64,000 nt of DNA from Sphaerodactylus townsendi (taxonomy: Eukaryota), in contig NC_059438.1 in assembly GCF_021028975.2 (NCBI RefSeq), positions 8,804,001 through 8,868,000 of the forward strand, in the 5' to 3' direction. The first letter of the stretch is position 1, and the number at the start of each line of letters is the position of its first letter. The notes beneath the pieces were generated by a model. It was not told where the DNA came from. It was given only the letters and a program-made list of their open reading frames with translations, and searched no databases. The position numbers were made by a program, and so were the translations under genes. This document shows positions 57,936 through 64,000 of the stretch, in pieces.

Positions 57936-59883
57936 AATAATTTTCTGAATCGACTGCAAATTCACTTCTCACCTGTGTGATTTAGAGAACAAAGATTTGA
58001 AAGTCGTCATGACACCCAAGCTGCCAGACAATAACAAAACAAACTGAAATGGGATCCCCCTGGGTGCCAAGACCCAGGGGCCCAGTTCTTCTGAGGGGTG
58101 TGTGTATTCCTGTGTGTACTGCTGCCATGACTCTCTAGAAAGCCAGGATGCTCTTTGTTTCACTGGGGGGACTTGCGTGTATCAAGACATGTTGGTTCCC
58201 CTGGGGGACCAAATAGCAGCTCCCTGAAGCTGTTTTGGATCTAGAAAAAGTAGAGAAGGGAAGGCTATATCTCCCTACAAGCTGTGGTCCCAATTCAAAT
58301 TGAGCCTGTGTATATGGGGGAAGCACAGAACTCCAGAGCTGGCTTGATAATGAGTGAAAGGCTTCCTCCTTGTACATTTCAAGTGTCTGTCAGAAATTTG
58401 GGGTTGAACCCTGCTTAACATTTCTGCAAGGTGGGGGGGGGGGTTGCCTATTTCTACTCCTCCGGAAGGCCTCTGATTCCCCTTGAGGATAGGGGTCCCG
58501 AACCTTTTGGAAACTGTGGTCACATTTGGAATTCTGACACGGGATGGTGGGCACAGTAGTAAAATGACTGCCACAAGTGGAGCCAGCCACAAAAAGATTG
58601 TCACAGCTTGACTTCAGTAACACAGTACAGAACCTGGTGCTCTAGTGACAGCTGCTGCCGAAGTAACATTTTAAAAAAATCTGCCCAGCCAGTCTGAAGA
58701 CTTGCTAGGCAAAAGCCCTATTTGGCCCCGTCCGCTTTGTAAAAACATTTAGTAGGTGCCAGAAAAAGTGTTTTCAGGCCCCACAGTTATTCCCGGTAGG
58801 TCCCCAGCCCATAAAAGTGGCATTTCAAGGGACACTTCAAATTGCAGCCAGAGGGGGTAGATTTGCAAAAACAACACGCCCAGAGACAGAAATCCTTGCA
58901 TCTGTGGAAACTATAGGTGGATTCTGAACGCTGAGATTCCTGCCTGGGTCTTTTGCTGCCTGGCCAGTTTGGCCTTTCACAAAAGCCGGCAGGTGGCTTA
59001 AAGAGTTAAAGCCACGCTTCACCTTGGTGCTCATCTGTTTATTTGCTGATAATGACTTACACAAACAGTCTCAGCCCTGCAGCTGGGATTTCTGTGCATC
59101 CCTGAGAGATGAGGCAAGGTTTCGAAACGGCTGATTTGCTGATGCCCCCAAGAGGGAGCCGCAAGGGTTGTGTGGAGCAAGCAGGTAAAGGATATGTGTG
59201 TGATTTTGACATGATTTGACAGACTGTGGCAGATCTTCTGCTGTACTTAATCTAGCTCTAGCTTGGATTACTTTAATCCTTTGGATCTACCTGCAAATGC
59301 CCTTGGGATAACTCTTTTCAGCCAAGACTCCCTTGATCCTGTGATGAGGACACCGGTTTTCTTCCTTCTTTAAGCGCCGTGGACCTGGCGCAATGATGAA
59401 ATGTGATGATGAAATGGGTTGACAGAGGGATGTTTGCAGGGAGCCTTCTGGTTGCAGATATCTCTAAAGTAATCCTATGCTTAAAAGCATTTCCAAAAAT
59501 GTGCCCAAATTTATTTTTCAGACCCTTGTTTAGTTCTTTAGGGGTGACAATTGGAATCTATGGCGATGGATCAATGGCTTGACTGTTTAAGGAAACTTTA
59601 CTCTTTGACCTTGGAGGTTCTTCCTGAATCTTTGTGCTATTCTAACTTCGAATAGACTATCAACGTGCTACACATAATTTTCACATTCATTCAGAGTTCT
59701 TTGGCTAAAACCCAAAACCTCACAGACAGAGGATGGGGTCTAATCCAATGGGCATTTGGAGCACTCCTCAGGCACAGAAAAGGGTAGCAGGGGGTCTGCC
59801 TGGGGTTATTGACCTTGTTATTGGTCTTTGCCCTGAAGTGGATGGGCCATAGAAACAGAATCTCATCAGATCTCACAAGCTAA

Positions 59884-60150
59884 GAAGGAGAAGAGTTTGG
59901 ATTTATACCCCACTTTTCTTAACCGTAAGGAATCTCAAAGTGGCTTACAGACTCTTTCCCTTCCTCTCCCCACAACTGACACCTTGTGAGTAGGCGGGCT
60001 GAGAAAGTTCAGAGAGAACTGTGATTAGCCCAAGTTCACCCAGCAGGCTTCATGTATAGGAGTGGGGAAACAAACCTGGTTCACCACTCATGTGGAGGAG
60101 AGGGAAATCAAACTCGGTTCTCCAGGTTAGAGCGCACCTGCTTTTAACCT
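59884..60150 (-). mobile_element. Squam3-like SINE
   Basis: Matches the other copies in the window. Confidence 0.85.
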
Positions 60151-60666
60151 GAAGTGTAGTCTGCCTCTCGTTGACAAAGCCATCGCAGACAACTGTGTAC
60201 TGTAGGGTAAGTTAGCAACCCAGCCGGAACAGGACAAATCCCTCCAGCCTCACTCTGAAAGACTGTTGGTTTCAGGAAACTGATGAGAAGGCAGTTAAAA
60301 AGAATGACTGACTCCGAATGAAAAGAAAAGGAAACTTGTCGTGTTTCCTCCGCGGCATCAAATGAAGTCTGTTTGTTACAAAGATATGGGTTTTACTACA
60401 CAAATGACAGACTTCGAGTGTAACGTGTACAAATGATGATAAACTAATTACTAAAATATATAAGACTTGACTGAATTGAGATACAGAAGATGAGATGAGG
60501 ATTAAATGGGCTAGAAATGTTGGTAGAAACAGTTCCAAAAGTGATCGGCCCTGCTGCCCGGAGTCAGCATTTCCTTGATGTTTATCTCTGCAAACGGTCC
60601 CCTGTGTGCCTCGCCTTTCCCGCCTTTGCTCAGCATTCAAGAACCTATGCAGCCATGATGGAAGGA

Positions 60667-61609
60667 CACTGGCGTAATACCCATTGGGCAAGGTGGGCAG
60701 CTGCCCAGGGCATCACCTTGTGGGGGGCATCAAAATGCTGGGTTTGTTTTTGGGTATTTTAGTGGTTTTCCATTTTTGGCCTGCAGGGAGCGCAGTTTTT
60801 AGGCTAGTGTCACCAAAATTTCAGCGTATCATCAGGGGACTGTCCTTATGCTACCCCCCCAAGTTTGGTGCAGTTTGGTTCAGGGAGTCCAAAGTTATGG
60901 ACTCCCAAAGGGGGTGCCCCTATCCCCCATTGTTTCAAATGGGAGCTAATAGGAGAAGGGGGCTGCAGTTTTGAGGGTCCATAACTTTGGCCCCCCTGAA
61001 CCAAACTGCACCAAACTTGAGGGGTATCATTAGGGTAGTATCCTGATGGGACCCTGAAAGTTTTGAGACTGTGCCTTCAGAAATGTGCCCCCCACAGCCT
61101 GCAACCCCCATTGACAGCAATGCAGAAAACTCAATGCAGAACAAAGATTCTTGGGCAAATTTCTAGGATGTTCCTGCAGGGGGTGCATTTTTGGATGTAT
61201 CGGCACCAAAATTTCAGGGTATCATCTGGAGATGATGGCACCCCCAAGTTTGGTGCAGTTTGGTTCAGGGGGGCCAAAGTTATGGACCCTGAAAACTGTA
61301 GTCCCCATCTCCTATTAGCTCCCATTGGAAACAATGGGGGATGGGGCACCCCCTTTGGGAGTCCATAACTTTGGACTCCTTGAACCAAACTGCACCAAAC
61401 CTTGGGTGCAGCATGGCTGGCATGTCCCCTGATGATATGCTGAAATTTTGGTGCTGATATTTCTAAAGATGCACCCCCTGCAGGCACCAATGTCCTGGTG
61501 CAAAAATAAATATGGTCGTGGTGGAGTGGCCGCCCATGGGGGCGGCGGCATCCAACTCAGGTTTTGCCCAGGGCTACAGTTTGCCCAGGGCTGCCTTGTT
61601 ACGCCCCTG
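60667..61609. mobile_element. hAT-type MITE with nested internal inverted repeats
   Basis: TIR CACTGGCGTAA / TTACGCCCCTG, perfect 8-bp TSD TGGAAGGA; ~220-bp unit 60810-61035 is inverted at 61205-61460. Confidence 0.85.
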
Positions 61610-64000
61610 TGGAAGGAGATGTGGTTGGCTCATTCTCCTTGTGGTCAACTGACATAAAGCCCAAGATTTGAGTCCAGCGGCTCTGTAAAGACCAACAAGA
61701 TTTTCCAGGGTGTAAGCTTTCAAGAGTCACAGCTCCCTTCATCAGATAAAAGCCCAGGCTCTTGCCTTCCCTGATTGATCAAAGACAGTGGAAATGGGGG
61801 CGGAGATAGAGATTGCCATCTGTCACTCACATGCTTGCATTTCTGACTGAAACAGGGGAGAGCCAAACCAGAAGCAGAAATGACACAAGGATATATATAT
61901 ATATACATTTCAGAGATACATTTAACATTGCCCCTCGCCCCCACAAAGGCAAAACCAAACCAAATAACTGAAAGCAAGCTGTGATGTTCCAGAAAGAGTC
62001 ACCTCATCCTGTTTACAATAACAAAATGTGGCCCTTTATCTTGTCCAAGGCTCTTTCTCTTCCCTGTTGCCCTCTAGGTGGTAAAGTCTCCATCCAGAAT
62101 CTGGAGGAGGAGAATGAGAACTGCACACCCACAAAGTTCACACCTGCCATGGAGTCACAAGCTTTTTGTTTTTTTAGCTTGTTCTGCGGCTTGTACAAGC
62201 ATTTTTCTGCTGACCTTGAGCAACCAAGACAGCTGGGTAGCATTTGCTGTCAATTTCCATGCTTACATTTGGCATGCGCAAGCTGATGCTCGCCATGTTA
62301 AACACTTAATGGTTTTCCACATTTCTTCTGTAGCCACTGTGAATGCTCAAGCATTCATAGCAATAGTGGTGGGTCAGTGTGGTATTTCCCCCTATGGTTT
62401 ATGTACAGAGGTGTAGCAAGGGGGGAAAGTGCCCAGGTGCGTCCTCCGCCCCTGCTATGCCCCGCCACCAGAACGCCCTCACCACGCTCCAGAATGCCCT
62501 CGCCACACCCCCAAAGGGGCGCGCACCTGTTGCCTCGTGTACCCTCTGCCCCCTTGGAGCTACACCCAACTCTCTGCAGACGCCATTTTCATAATCCTGT
62601 GCTACAGGTGGGCCTTTGGGGGCTTTAAAAAATTCACTAATTAACATATTATAGTGCTAAGAATAGTGGAAGACAGTAGAAAAAGAGGAAGACCCATGTG
62701 AGATAAATTTACTCAATAAAGGAAGGTGTGGTGTTCTGCTTGCCAGACCTAAGACTCAATGGGCTTCCTGAAGGTCATTAATTTATAGGGTTGCCACAAG
62801 TCAGAAATGACTTTATTGCACATAACACACACATTGAGAACGTGCACGGTGCAGTGGTTAAGGTGTCAGACTAGGATCTGGGAAACCCACATTCAAAGCC
62901 CCACTCTGCCATGAAAAAATTGATGGGTGATGTTGAGCCAATCACACACTCTCAGCTTTGATCCTAGCAGCAAGTATTTGGATGAAGGATCTCAAAGAAG
63001 AAAAAGAGTTTGGATTTGTATCCCCCCTTTCTCAAGATTTGAAAACAAAAAGATGGAGATTTTCTGACACAGCATATTACTTAAGAAACCCAAAACCTGA
63101 GACTACATTCTGCGGTAATTTTAAATTGCAGATCTGTGATGAAATCCTGAGGAAATTATTTTTTAAAATAAAATTCAAAATCTAGCTATGACTTTTAGTC
63201 CTAACAAATAGGAATGTTTCTGATGCTTCTGTTTAATTTTTTGAAATGAACTTGCCCCAGAATGCCCCTGCCACACCCCCATCCCAGCACCGGCTTGCAG
63301 CCGGGGCAAGACACACACCCCCGCTCCCCGGGCTCTACACCACTGGGGGGCATTGGCCACTGAGGGACCATACAGCAATGCTCAGAAGGCTGGGTTTGAC
63401 TCAGTGCCCCATGCCAATGTATCTTACTTGACCAATGAAGGCAAAAGAGGCAGGAGATGACTGAAGGCAGGAAGAGATGAGACAATCCGGTCAAGAAACG
63501 ATTTTGCTCAAAGCTTCATAGCTCATATATGAACTCAAGTTTCCCACATCCAACCTAGTCCCCCCACCATCCCTGCTCGAATTCAAAACAGTCAGCTGTG
63601 TGTTTTCATGTGATCTGGCCCTTTAAGCAGTAGCTTCTCTGCACAACCTGTAAGGAGATCATTGCTCAACAAAACCCAACACCACGAGCTTTCCTCTTGA
63701 TGGGCAAGGAAACAGCCCAGCCTCATTAATTTCCTCCTGCACCAAAATATCTTCAACCACATCTTCTAACTCCCACGCCAACTTGGCTGTTGACATGCCG
63801 GCTTGCTTGTCTCGAAAAGGTCATCATGCTTTAAGATCTTTGCACATGTATGCACATATTCTCAAACCTAACCAAATAGACTCTCTGGAAAATCTCTCTG
63901 TGTGTATGAAGGTGGCCCACCCTTTCTGAACCACTCTGTAGGTTCCACAAAACCATGGGCCTTGCAGAAAGCCATGCCCACTAGCTTCATCTCAGCTCCA

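Noticed and set aside
59341-59450. Box C/D snoRNA (several RTGATGA motifs)
   Set aside because: No suitably placed CTGA D box or terminal stem, and no evident host intron
51000-64000. Additional SDR paralogue or CHST exons
   Set aside because: No TGxxxGxG, NNAG, HPGWV or sulfotransferase motifs found by eye; short exons could have been missed

Overview
Vertebrate (squamate, most likely gecko, judging by Squam3-like and 5S/Sauria-like SINEs) genomic DNA; most entries in the ORF track are spurious. I reconstructed three intact spliced genes by hand, all with GT-AG introns and consistent phases. CFDP1/BCNT is on the minus strand (7 exons, 8321-21999, 281 aa). TMEM170A is on the plus strand (3 exons, 22736-24614), head-to-head with CFDP1 across a ~740 bp CpG promoter. 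A C-factor/CsgA-like classical SDR oxidoreductase is on the minus strand (6 exons, 28435-41008, 256 aa), convergent with TMEM170A. Just upstream of the SDR is a nested transposon stack. A Tc1/mariner-pogo-type MITE is split by a Ty1/copia LTR element (41818-50778, 5-bp TSD, tandem-duplicated PBS). The copia gag is in turn split by a protease-less chromovirus-type Ty3/gypsy element (45740-49508, 290-bp LTRs) that has a palindromic fold-back where the PBS should be. The rest is SINEs, hAT and Harbinger MITEs, and LINE/Penelope fragments; I found no coding gene in 1-7600 or 51000-64000. Several signs point to uncorrected long-read errors inside repeats, which limits what can be said about frameshifts. 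I cannot support a claim of a wholly new biological system; the best leads are the retroelement priming structures, the TMEM170A N-terminal frame anomaly and the SDR.
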